From the NCBI RefSeq assembly GCF_030684315.1, contig NC_081387.1:5436497-5500496 (forward strand): DNA of 64,000 bases. Reading direction: 5' to 3'. Numbering within the stretch: the stretch's first letter is position 1; each line of letters starts with the position of its first letter. Below are positions 23,181 to 35,440 of this stretch, in pieces. The notes beneath the pieces are model-generated. The model was not told the DNA's origin, ran no database searches, and was given only the letters and a program-made list of their open reading frames with translations. The DNA is from Stegostoma tigrinum. Its lineage: Eukaryota. The position numbers and the translations under genes are program-made.

Positions 23181-26100
23181 CTTTCTACCCAGCTCTGTTG
23201 TGGGAACTGTGTGTGTGAGATTGAAGTTGAGTTTGGAGCTTTAATTACTGGGATCAAGTGGTGTAATTTGGTTAGTTTTAAGTTGACATGACCTGGAATT
23301 GTACAAAATTAGTCCAGATTACCATTCAGGAATTTCAGTAGAACAGAGGAATTTGATCTGACCTATTCTTCTACAAATTGTATTGTGCTGAGCCTAAATT
23401 AATAGGAACAGCACAATCTTGAAAAGATGAGCCTGCTGGGGAAACGCTGAGGAGTAACTGAAAGATATGACTGCGTATTATGCTCTGGAACATATAGGAG
23501 TGCTTGCTTCTGGTGAACGTTAGCAATGTCTTGAAATTTCTTCCACCACACCCTGTGCCAACTGAAAGTGAAAGATTGCTGATGTGTGAGTCATGTTGAT
23601 GTGAGCAGGGAGAACACTGTGGGGATTTACAGTCTAATAGTCCCTGTTCACTAGAATTAATCCCCTTCATTCACTTGCCTTCTCTTTCCCCATTTTCCTA
23701 TTGTTTTCTTTCTTGATCTTCTCTTTTAAGTGTCTTATTCCTTCTGCCGATTGCATTCTTTTTGAAATTTTTTCCAACTACATTTCATATTTTACTCTTT
23801 TTACTTGCTTTGTTGTTTGAATTTCTTTGCCTGTTGCTTCAGTGCACAGACTGCGTTGCTTCATTCTCCCAATAAAGTCCCCCTTAATGTTTTTCTGATC
23901 CATTAAATGAAAACAAATTGTTGGGCATCTGTCTGTTGTGATTAAACGTGTATACTATATTATCAGTCCAGATTTTCTGCTGACCAGACAGTCAGTGTAG
24001 TTGGGAGTTGAGCATGGAGGACTTCATGGAAACCTCACTGAGCAGGGAGAATACTATGGGGATTTACAGTCTAATAGTCCCTGTTCACTAGAATTAATCC
24101 CCTTCATTCACTTGCCTTCTCTTTCCCCATTTTTCTATTGTCTTCTTTCTTGATCTCCTCTTTTAAGTGTCTTATTCCTTCTACCGATTGTGTAGTTGGG
24201 AGTTGAGCATGGAGGACCTCATGGAAACCTGACTGACTGGGAAATTCAGATTCCATTGGGCGTTTCCTCTTTGTCTGGAACCTCTTAAAGTCTCCATTTA
24301 AACCAGAGAATTTGGAGGGTTCCAATGAAATTAAATAGTTACAAAGGAAAGGTCAGACTGTTATATGCATATTGTTAATTCCTGGATAACTCTTAAACTT
24401 ATCCCATACTTAACATTGATACTCTGAAATGCACCATCCAGACTACTTAGACCCTGTTATCTCTGTCACTCGCACCCTTTCCTGACATACTTCCTATTGC
24501 CTCTTGTTCCCTGACTACTAAACTCCCAACATCCCCAGAATGGACCCACCCCTGCTACCAGACATGACTTGAGTCTCAGCGCTGTCCCCACCCCAATTGT
24601 GAAGCAAAAACCCTCAGACCTGAAATGCACCCTCCCTGGTTTCTCACATCTACCTTGACCTACCATAAATATTGCAGCACTTATTCTGTCTAACTTGTTA
24701 CTTTTGCCCTTGCACCCTACTATCCCCACCTGGCACCTTAACCCCACTCATCAGTCATCCTATCCCTAGAACCACACCCAACTAGCACCTAACATTACAC
24801 TTACCTTAATTACTTAGATGCTTGTTAACACCTTTATAGCTCTGAATGTGGCAGCTGCTTGTTGTGAAAATCAACTGAGTACCTGGCTGGACACCTAGGG
24901 TGGTAATGTATATAATGTTTACTGTTGGGTTTGACAACAGGCCAGACACTATTGGTTTAGCTTTTAGCTTCAGTGTAGACAAATCAGGAGTCTCCAGGAT
25001 GGGAGCATGTGTAGGAGTGTTCCAGCTATTCAAACTGTCATTTAGGCCATCAGAATTCTGAAGGTTAAAGCCAACAGACTCATAAAAGAATCATAAAACT
25101 GTCTCTCAGTCCAAGAAAAAGACACTGGGAAAAGTTGGTTAAGTGAACTCTGTTTAACTCTGAGATCTGACTTGTCTAATTACAATCAACAGGGCTCATA
25201 ACACGGTACATACTGTTCTCTTTTGTAAGAGAGGCCGTTTTACACTAATATTTGTGTAACAGAAGATTGCATATATTGACGGTGTTGTGACAGGTGATCG
25301 CTTACAATGGCAGTACTGTAACAGAGGCTCGCTTTTACTGACAGTGCAATAATGAATATTTTTCTCACTGGCTTGGCTGCAAGGGTCTGGGGCGGGGGTT
25401 TACCTAAAATTGACAGTGCTGTACTAGTGAATCCCTGTCGCAAGGGTATGTTATAATAAAGGTTCTGGAAAACAGGATTCCCTATAGCCACAGCACTCAA
25501 CAGTGGGTGCTTCTTACACCTGTGTCCTAATTGCCCTGTGAAAGGGGGTCGCTTACAAGAGCAGCAGCAGGCAGGACCTTCCTCTGACAGTACTAAAACA
25601 GTTGTAGCAACTGTACACCTATATATTGACAGAACTTTCTTCAGGGGGAGCCATTATGGTGACTGCACTCCGTCTGGTTGTTCTTTATGATGACTGTGGC
25701 TGTTTTATTTAATCATATTTGGAATGAGGATGTTGCTGGCTACAGCAGCATTTATTGCCCATCTATGGAGCAACTGAGAATCAACCACATTGCTGGGGGT
25801 CTGGAGTTACATATAGGTGAGGTTGGTAGATTTCCTTCCCTAAAATGCATCAGTAAACCAGATGGGGAGGTTTGCCTGATGATTGACAGCGTATTCCGGG
25901 TTTTTTAAAATCGAATTCAAATTCTGTCGTGGCGGGGACCCCAGAACATTACCGCTGGTCTCTGGGTTAGCAGTCCAGCGATCATATCACTAGAGCTGTG
26001 AGCTCCCTGGTTTGTCAGGGCGTTGTTCACAGAGATATTTCTGAGGTGAAGGGTTCAGTTACATTGATTGTACTGAAACAGCAACTCCCAGACAGTCGGG

Positions 26101-26340
26101 ATCCCTTCACCTTCATGCTTGCTACTGGGACAGATAGTGTTGGAAAAGGGGGAACACCCACACCGAAGTTTATGCCGAGGTTTCTCTTTTTTTTAAAAGG
26201 TTTTTTTGTGGCGCTGGAGCAACACCATCTTCTACCTCAGAGCTGCATGTACAAACATCACGCCAAAAACTCACCACAAAAACCGGAGGGTGTGTTCGGG
26301 GGGAGGAGAGAGAAGAAAATAAACACCTGCAGCGATGTGC

Positions 26341-27560
26341 AAGATAATAAAGTGTGGAGCTGGATGAACACAGCAGGCCCAGCAGCATCTCAGGAGCACA
26401 AAAGCTGACATTTCGGGCCTAGACCCTTCATCAGAAAAGGGGGATGGGGAGAGGGTTCTGGAATAAATAGGGGGAGAGGGGGAGGCGGACCGAAGATGGA
26501 GAGAAAAGAAGATAGGTGGAGAGGAGAGTACAGGTGGGGAGGTAGGGAGGGGATAGGTCAGTCCAGGGAAGACGGACAGGTCAAGGAGGCGGAATGAGGT
26601 TAGTAGGTAGGAGATGGAGGTGCGGCTTGAGGTGGGAGGAAGGGATGGGTGAGAGGATGAACAAGTTAGGGAGGCGGCGATGAGCTGGGCTGGTTTGGTG
26701 ATGCAGTGGTGGGGAGGGGACGAACTCGGCTGGTTTTGGGATGCAGTGGGAGAGGGGGAGATTTTGAAGCTTGTGAAGCCCACATTGATACCATTGGGCT
26801 GCAGGGTTCCCAAGCGGAATATAAGTTGCTGTTCCTGAAACCTTCGGGTGGCATCATTGTGGCACTGCAGGAGGCCCATGATGGACATGTCGTCTAAGGA
26901 ATGGGAGGGGGAGTTAAAATGGTTCACGACTGGGAGGTGCAGTTGTTCACTGTGAACCGAGCGGAGGTGTTCTGCAAAGCAGTCCCCAAGCCTCCGCTTG
27001 GTTTCCCCAATGTAGAGGAAGCCACACCGGGTACAGTGGATACAGTATACTACTCTGGCAGATGTGCAGGTGAACATCTGGATACAGTATACTACACTGG
27101 CAGATCTGCAGGTGAACATCTGCTTGATATGGAAAGCCATCTTGGGGCCTGGGATGGGGGTGAGGGAGGAGGTGTGGGGGCAAGTGTAGCACTTCCTGCG
27201 GTTGCAGGGGAAGGTGCTGGGTGTGGTGGGGTTGGAGGGAAGTGTGGAGCGGACAAGGGAGTCGCGGAGAGAGGTCTCTCCAGAAGGCACACCATGTTGG
27301 GGATGGAAAAACGTCTTGGGTGGTGGGATCGGATTGTAGATGGCAGAAGTGTCGGAGGATTATACGTCGTATCTGGAGGTTGGTGGGGTGGTGCGTTAGA
27401 ATGAGGGGGATTCTCTTAGGGCGGTTATTGCAGGGGTGGGGTATGAGGAATGTGTTGCGGGAAACGTAGGAGACACGGTCAAGGGCATTCTCGGCCACTG
27501 CAAGGGGGGATGTTGCGGTCCTTGAAGAATGCGGACATTTGGGATGTACAGGAGTGGTTG
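26341..27560 (-). mobile_element. Penelope-like retroelement, 5'-truncated (GIY-YIG endonuclease part)
   Basis: VVYCIHCTRCGFLYIGETKRRLGDCFAEHL (GIY-YIG) and the upstream CNRRKCYTC motif; colinear with 43500-44650. Confidence 0.92.
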
Positions 27561-30500
27561 GAAAAAGGCAGTGGTATCCCACATTGTTCATTTTTAGAAC
27601 TTTATGCAGATCAGCGTACATTGATTTAGATTTTGGCTACGGAATCAGGGAATGACACTGACATTTACAGATGTTATTAAAATGAAAGTGGATAGCACTT
27701 CATGTTTACAGAAAGGTGCATTTAAAATACAGCCCAATTGGAGATTCAGTGCTTTGAATGGCAGAATGGAACCCTTGAGAGAGTTTAACTGGCAGTTCTT
27801 TGATGCAAACCTTGCAAACGTAGAGTGGGTGTCACATGCTTGTCGGGTTCCCAATTCCAGGCTCATTCTTTGACCTCCATGCATTTTTTTTATAACCGCA
27901 AGAGTTATCACAGGCAACTGACCAACCTTCCTATCATCAAAATCACTGCCTTTTTTGTGCTTTTTTAAAAACTACTGTTCACCATCCATGAATATACCCC
28001 TGTAGCTAATTCAAGATTTACATGAAAAGAAACAGAAGTTGTTGGAATAGCTCAGTAGGTCTTGCAGCAGCTGTGAAGAAAAAAAAGAGTTAACATTTTA
28101 AGTCTGGTGACCCTTCCTCAGAAGTCATGGAAAGCCAATTTTGGTCAATCAAACCATCAAAAGTGCGGAGGTGTAGGGAGAGAGGGAAGAGGCTCAATCA
28201 AAATGGATTTGGTGGAGGGAAATAAAACACTCTTATCCCTGCATACCACCTTTCATAATTCCTTCTCAGCCTCCTTTCCTTAAATGAGGGTAGACGGCAG
28301 CATGATAGTTCTGGCAGTAGTCTAGTAATGCAGAGATTCAGGCGATTTCCCTGGGACGTATGTTCAAGCCACAGCTGGGGAAATTTAAATTTGGTTAATA
28401 ACTCCAGTCTGAATGACCATGAAATTTTCGTTGATTGTGATATCTGTTTCACAAATAACACTTTAGAAAAGAAGATTTGTTATCCTTACTAGATTAGCCT
28501 CCGTGCAATTTCAGACCCGCAGTAATATGGTTGACTTTACCTGTCCTGAAATGCCCAAGCAATCCACTTCAAGGGCATTGAAGGTTGGTGACAATTGCTG
28601 ACCTTGCCTGGTTCATGTCAATATTTTAGAAGTAATACATAGTTCTGACAACTTTATTGTGAAGGCAAGGTAATTAAAATTGATAGCATTGATGGACACT
28701 GCTTGCTTCCTCTCCTAGGACATGCTGGCATGAATGTAACTGTGGAAGAGGGGCAGATAGTTGGTAGAGATGACCCATCCACAGTCTGCTGCTTGGACCT
28801 GTTTATGGCCAGCCTAGTCAGGCCCAGGGGCAGACCATGAGGAGGTCCTCTGATCTGCCCACCCCCCTCTGCACCAGGCGTCAAAAGATAAGGAGTCTGG
28901 GGATGAAGTTTAAAATCAAAAGCACAACAAAATATTTTTAAACTAAGAAGGAAGTGCAATCACCCACAACCAATATATACATGATTCATGAACTCCAGAG
29001 TGCTACACATTAAACCTCCATGCCCTTATTTTGAAACTATTGAGAGTTCCTGAAATTAGATGTTCTTTCCTGTGCATTACATAGGCGCTGATTTTATTGT
29101 TTCAAACAGCAGCAGGACCTTTCCTCTCCCCGGCTTTCTTTCTCCCCTTCCCCCTAGTTGGTAGGACCAGCTGGAACCAACTGCTGTCCCTGGTTTCTGA
29201 GCACAGTTTTTTTTAAAACCTGAAGTTTTAAGGAAGGATCACCAGACCCGAAATGTTAACTCTGATTTTTACCTTCACAGATGCTGCCAGGCCTGCTGAC
29301 CTTTTCTAGCGGCTTCTGTTTTTTGATGCATGTTGCATTTTAAAAAAAAAATTATTCCTCTTGCTTTATGCATTACAACTTGTGGACACGACTTTGGGTT
29401 GTTGGGTATCCAAAAATCATTGCAACCGGGCAGAGTAACAGCTGTTCAGTATTTATCATAATTCGCTTTTCCAATGAGTCTCTGGAAATTTCACAAAGCC
29501 ATTTACGACAGTTCCAGGATAACAAGATGTGGAGCTGGATGCACACAGCAGGTCAAGCAGCATCAGAGGAGTAGGAAGGCTGACGTTTCAGGTCTAGACC
29601 CTTCTTCTACAGTTCCACGCCATCGACTGACTAAACCTAACGAGTGTCCAGAGCAGAGAGAATGGGTAATTGGTGCAAATGGAATGACGTCACAATAACG
29701 TCAAAATAATGTTGTAAGATGTAAATTTATAGGAACGTACCAGATCAGCAGATTATAAATAGCAATTGACCATATATTAATATTTTAAACTATATTTTCA
29801 AACTGAAGTAAAAATCATCTCAAAGCTTCAATGCACTTTTCCAGAATGCCAACTTAATCTTGGATAATTATGACAGGATTAATGCAGTTCCAGGAAGTTC
29901 CATTTCCCTGCCACACTATCAAAGTGCTGTTGGGACTAAGCAGACTAAGTAAACTGAGATTGTTACCAAACATAATCTTAATTTTCTTTGAATCGAGTTT
30001 CAATAACACTTTTTCTCTTCACTACATTTTTTTAAAAGAAGTGTTAAAAAGCGAGGCAACTGTTCTTATGGGTTGCTATTCTCCACTAGGTCACCCAGTG
30101 CAGACTATGGCTTGACTTTAGATGTGCTAGAAAAGGTGCACCTATTGATTTAATTACTATTGAAACAGCAATGACAGACCCAAACAAATACAGATGACCT
30201 GAGTCTATCTGAACGTCCATTGATTAACGGTGACTCACTGATATTCACATCAATGTAAAAGCAAAGTACTAGAGGAGAAAGCATATCTCATCTTAAAATT
30301 TTAGTGCTGTGGTCCTGCTACAAATTAAATGCAAAATGAGTACAATATTGAGGCACATCAAAGCATGGGATAGGTGGTATCCATAACTATCAAAAACCGC
30401 ATTATTCACGATGAAAACTGACAGAAGTAATTAAGTGGACCGAGGGATCAAAACAGAATGTAGAAGTGGGCACTGGAGGAGGTTGTGATGAAAATTGAAC

Positions 30501-33394
30501 TTTATGAAAATGTTGGAATAATAATCTACGCTGTATGCCACCCATGGTAGCAAGACCTACAGGACTTTTATGTATTTATCATCTCTTCAATGTAATTCCT
30601 ATCAAATGGCATACTTCCTCTTTTTTTGGTTAGTGTAATTAAGTTTAAAGCTTTGTCTGCAATGATCTGAATGGTGATGTCTCACATAGACATACCCTGA
30701 AAGCCTTTTTGCTGCTCCTGGGCATTACTATTGTCTCATCTCATTTTACTGCTTCACTGGCACACCAAGGAAGTTACTGAAAGTAGAAACAACTTATAGG
30801 GGTGGAGGGGGCTGGAGAAAAAGCAAAATACTGCAGATGCTGGAAATCTGAAATAAACACACATAAGGCTGGAAAAGCTCAGCCTCTATGGACAAAGAAA
30901 CCAAGTTAACAGTGTATCCGGTTTGACTTTTCTTACACTGCAGTTCACATCAATGCAAAAGCAAAGTACTAGAGCAGCAAACATATCTCATCTTAAAATT
31001 TTAGTGCTGTGGTCCTGCTACAAATTAAATGTGTAATATGTAGACCCTGTTGCACAATGAAGGAAAGTGGGATGAGACAAGCAAATAGTCAGAGGAATCA
31101 CTTCACAAAGCCTTCATTTGTAGGATTTTTCTCTAAATTTGCTTTTCTCTTCAGTCAATTTTTTTCCCTTTACTCGAGTTCCCTTAACAATTCCCTCTCA
31201 ACCTCCTTTCCTTAAATGAGGATAGACTGCAGCATGATAGTTCTGGCAGTAGTCTAGTAATGCAGAGATTCAGGTGATTTCCCCGGGGACATATGTTCAA
31301 ATAGCAGCAGGGGTAATTTAAATTTGATTAATAACTCTAGTTTGAATGACCATGAAATTATCATTGATTGTGATATCTGTTTCACAAATAACACTTTAGA
31401 AAAGAAGATTTGTTATCCTTACTAGATTAACCTCCGTGCAATTTCAGACCCGCAGTAATATAGTTGACTTTACCTGTCCTGAAATGCCCAAGCAATCCAC
31501 TTCAAGGGCACTGAAGGTTGGTGACAATTGCTGACCTTGCCTGGTTCATGTCAATATTTTAGAAGTAATACATAGTTCTGACAACTTTATTGTTATGAAG
31601 TCAAGATGATTAAAATTCTGGCCTTTAGTGATTGCGAGTATACCTAATGAACTAGCAGGTCAGAAGTTCCCAAGTTTGTTCAACAGAAAAATAGAAAAGA
31701 TATCGCTGTAAACAGTAGGTAGATTTCTGTAACTCAGGACATGATGTCTACACAGTTTGAAAAATGTGCAGTTCAGTGAACTGAAAGGAAGTAAAACCTA
31801 TCAAAAAATAAATTTGTGAGAGAGAGATAATTGGCTTGAGATCTGCGTGAACCTAGCCAATGTTAGGTTATGGAGATTAAGAAGATTTTCTGTTTTTATT
31901 TTATATGGCTGCTGGGATTGGGGTTAGTTGCAGTTTGGAACTATGTGTGTTCTGAAACACAAGTAGCTCCAAAGAACAAAAGTGCTACTGTGAGCAGGCT
32001 TTAGGCAGTTAAGGCTCAGGAGTCCCAAGAGCCATTTTAGCTGGCTGTGGAGCTCAGGAGTGGACCCCAGGGATTGTGACTCCATGCTGTGGTAAAACCA
32101 TAGTGCTAAAAGGTTCACTGGACCATTGGTAGTTCAATGCAATGGGAGTTAGCTGAAGGAAGCTTACAAACAGTTTTTGTGGTGCAACCGAAAAAGATTG
32201 ATGCTGAGAGATATTCTGCTGCAACTCACTGAAAGCAGATGTTTAGTAAAAGCTTTTGGTAAAATGGTAAATTGTGTGAGTGATTAGACCCCTGTCAGTA
32301 GACTCCGGAATCCTGGGGAACTCTGTAATGGGAAAAGTCACTGAATTACAAATGGAATAAGTACTTGAGGCAGTCCAAGTCAGAAAGACTTTGAGGGCAT
32401 TCCAGGATCTTTGAAAGTGAAGAAGTGGAGCCCCTTTTGTGATAGAGTTGCAATGAGAATTGGTGACCCACAGTATCACTAATACCTAGGTGGATTTTTG
32501 AGAAATAAGACCATCACCTGTGGGACCTGTCTTGATGGTTTCAGCCATTTAAAGTGCAGCCTGTCAGGTTATTGATGACAATTTGTTAACTCATGTATCT
32601 CATTTTAATTCTGAATGTTGCAACACAAGCTATACAAATACATAGTAAGTTGTTCCACTTTTTAAACCTTGTATATTACAGATTGCCTTTGGCATTTAAG
32701 TACAACCCTGACACTTGTGTTCTTTTGCACATTATTTTCTTTTTGAAAAAAATGGTCTGTCAAATAAGAGCATAACAAAGAAACATAACTGGAAATCTGA
32801 ATACCTGCAAGAAATGTATCTCATGCAAGCATATGACATGACATGTTCTTGTAAAATAGATGCATTGGAATAGATTTATTTCTTCTTGAATTATGCTCAG
32901 AAACGTACCAATACAGTCTGTCACTATACTGACATTACTGTTTGAAGTTTTGCCTTTGTGGAATGAACTGGTCACTTTGGTAAATGGCTGCCCTGAAAGC
33001 GGTGCACCTCCACGGCTTCTTACTGCTGTGGATACACAGATGAGAAGCAATGCTAGATGTTCCTGATGTTTGAGTGATGACATCCACACTGGAAATTCTG
33101 CTGTTCTCACAGTACAGTTGCAGTGGTTCTGGGTGAGGGTGAGGAGTATGGACAAAAAACTTGGACAATTCTTTGAAGCTGCTTTCAGATCTTTGAACAG
33201 ACCTCTCAAATTTTAATACTGATCTCTCTTTGCACCTTCTTTTCAGCTTGCAACATTGTATTCTGCACACTGTCCTATTGCCATGGTATACTTTATATGG
33301 TATGATCTGCCTGTATAGAATGTAAAACAATGTTTTTCACCCTGTTTTGATACACAGTACTTTGTAACGGAGGAACTTGGTAGTGGAACAGATT

Positions 33395-34507
33395 TTATCC
33401 CAAACTGGTACATTTATGTATTTCTAGAGAGGAGGAATAGGTGAAGCAGTTTTGGCAGCTACTGCACTGGAATCGTCTGTCCCCTGTGTGGGTATGCTGG
33501 TGTTTTGTCAGGTCTGATAATTGTGTGAAACCTTTATTGCAAAACTCACATTTGAACGGTTTATCAGACGTTGGGACACACTGGTGTTTCAGGAAGTATG
33601 ACGAGCTCAGGAAAGCTTTGTCGCAAGTCTCACACCTGAATGGTTTGTCACCAGTGTGGATACACTGGTGTACCACAAGGTATGCTGAGCTGCAGAAATC
33701 TTTATTACAATTCTCACATCTGAATGGTCTCTCATCTGTATGGCCTTGTTGGTGTACACGCAGGTATGAGGAGTTACAGAAATCTTTGTTGCAAATCTCA
33801 CACCTGAATGGTCTCTCCTGTGTGTGGATACGCTGGTGTTGTTGGAGACTTGATGACTGCGTGAAACACTTGTTACAATATTTACAATGAAACGGTCTTT
33901 CTCCTGTATGCATGCGTTGATGAACACGAAGGTACGATGAGTTACAGAAAGTTTTTTTGCAAACTGTGCACCAGAAGGGCTTTGTGTCTTTCCCAATGCA
34001 TTTGTGTACCCGGAAGATCAATGGCTTCGTAAAAGCTTTGCGACAAATTTTGCACTTGAATGGTTTCTCAGTGGCATGAGTGCGCTGATGTTTCAAAAGT
34101 AGTGAGGAAAGTGTGAAAGCTTTGTCACAATTCTCACACCTGAAGGGCTTCTCACCTGTGTGGGTGCGCTGGTGTTCTAGCAGACGCGAGGATGTCACAA
34201 AAGCTTTGGCACAAATGTTGCACTTGAACGGTTTCTCTCCTGAGTGAGTGCGGTGATGTTCCACAAGGTGTGACTGCTTTAAGAAGGCTTTCCCACAAAC
34301 TTTGCACTTGAATGGTTTCTCACCTGTATGTATCCGCCAGTGTTGCAGGAGTGTAGATGCTTGTGCAAAGGAATTGCCACACACTTCACATTTGAATGGT
34401 TTCTCACCTGTGTGAATGCGTAGGTGTTCCACAAGGCCAGACGCCTGTGCAAAGGGCCAGCCACAGATGTCACACTTGTATGGTTTCTCTCCCATGTACC
34501 TGTACAT
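33395..34507 (-). CDS. Tandem C2H2 zinc-finger protein A (370 aa from the first in-frame ATG; 13 fingers, 3 ending H-x-C; no KRAB/SCAN/BTB seen)
   Basis: Uninterrupted ORF of C-x2-C-x12-H-x3-H repeats with TGEKP-type linkers. An in-frame TAG lies upstream (~34646). The exon acceptor tttttaccgtcttacag|A is at 35031/35030. Confidence 0.9.
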   Translation of the reverse strand: MYRYMGEKPYKCDICGWPFAQASGLVEHLRIHTGEKPFKCEVCGNSFAQASTLLQHWRIHTGEKPFKCKVCGKAFLKQSHLVEHHRTHSGEKPFKCNICAKAFVTSSRLLEHQRTHTGEKPFRCENCDKAFTLSSLLLKHQRTHATEKPFKCKICRKAFTKPLIFRVHKCIGKDTKPFWCTVCKKTFCNSSYLRVHQRMHTGERPFHCKYCNKCFTQSSSLQQHQRIHTQERPFRCEICNKDFCNSSYLRVHQQGHTDERPFRCENCNKDFCSSAYLVVHQCIHTGDKPFRCETCDKAFLSSSYFLKHQCVPTSDKPFKCEFCNKGFTQLSDLTKHQHTHTGDRRFQCSSCQNCFTYSSSLEIHKCTSLG

Positions 34508-35440
34508 ATGTTGACAACAACACTGTGACTTTAAATCCTTACAACTGAATTCTTGCCGGTTCCCATATACCCATGTTAGGAGGTCTGACAGTGTGAAAAT
34601 CTCTTCTCCCACCTCTTGCTGTTCACTGAACTTAGTTTTGAGTGTCTAGTCAAAAGAACGGTTGAAGCTACTTCCTCAGTTCAGATTTTAGTAGATTCTT
34701 ACCTTAATGGATGTACCAATGCTTCAAGAATTTTATCAGTCGTGTGTGAAAGTCAGGGCTTGTGCAACTATGCTCATACAAATCCCTTTGTCCTCTGGAA
34801 TAAGTAAACTCAAAGCTCACCCTGGTTTTCGAAACATTGGTTTTGGAGAGTGTTCAATAGTGATAATTAGTTTTGCTTCCTATAATGCACTGAAGTTCAG
34901 TTCTCTTGACTGGATTTTCAGAAGATGATTTTGCTGGAGAGCCACTCTTTGATGTTCTGGATGCACTGCAGTTTTTGTCCTTCCTGTAATTTTTTCTGTA
35001 CCGAACATTATTTAATCTGGTCTGATCCTTCTGTAAGACGGTAAAAAGAAATCATGATTTACATTCTATTATCTCCCCTCTCCACCAAAGCTACTATCTG
35101 CACTCAGATCGCCCACATCATTCCCCAGGTCAGGAACCCTAAAGTCTGTATTGCCCAACCTGACTTGGTCAGTTACCTCAGCAGCCTTTTGTTGAATGTG
35201 AGCTCTTCTGATAGTTTTGTTACTCTATCTTCCAGCTAAAATGGAGGAATCATGGTTTTGCAGAACACGTCCACACCATACGTAAGCATGACCCTAACCT
35301 GCCTGTAGCTGGTCATTTTAACACAGCGTCCTGCTTGCCTGCCCACATGTCTGTTCTTGGCATGCTGCAATGCTCCAGTGACTCACAGGGCAAACTGGAG
35401 GAACAACATCTCATCTTCAGGCTGGGCACTTGACTACTTA

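Noticed and set aside
26160-26245. let-7-like miRNA gene on the minus strand (UGAGGUAGAAGAUGGUGUUGCU)
   Set aside because: No complementary 3p arm downstream, so no pre-miRNA hairpin; kept only as a possible target site.
32760-33330. ORFs downstream of ZNF A
   Set aside because: Non-ATG starts and no domain; more likely 3' UTR (minus-strand AATAAA at 32875-32880).
33441-33890. Antisense and alternative-frame ORFs over the ZNF genes
   Set aside because: Shadow ORFs expected from periodic C2H2 codon patterns.
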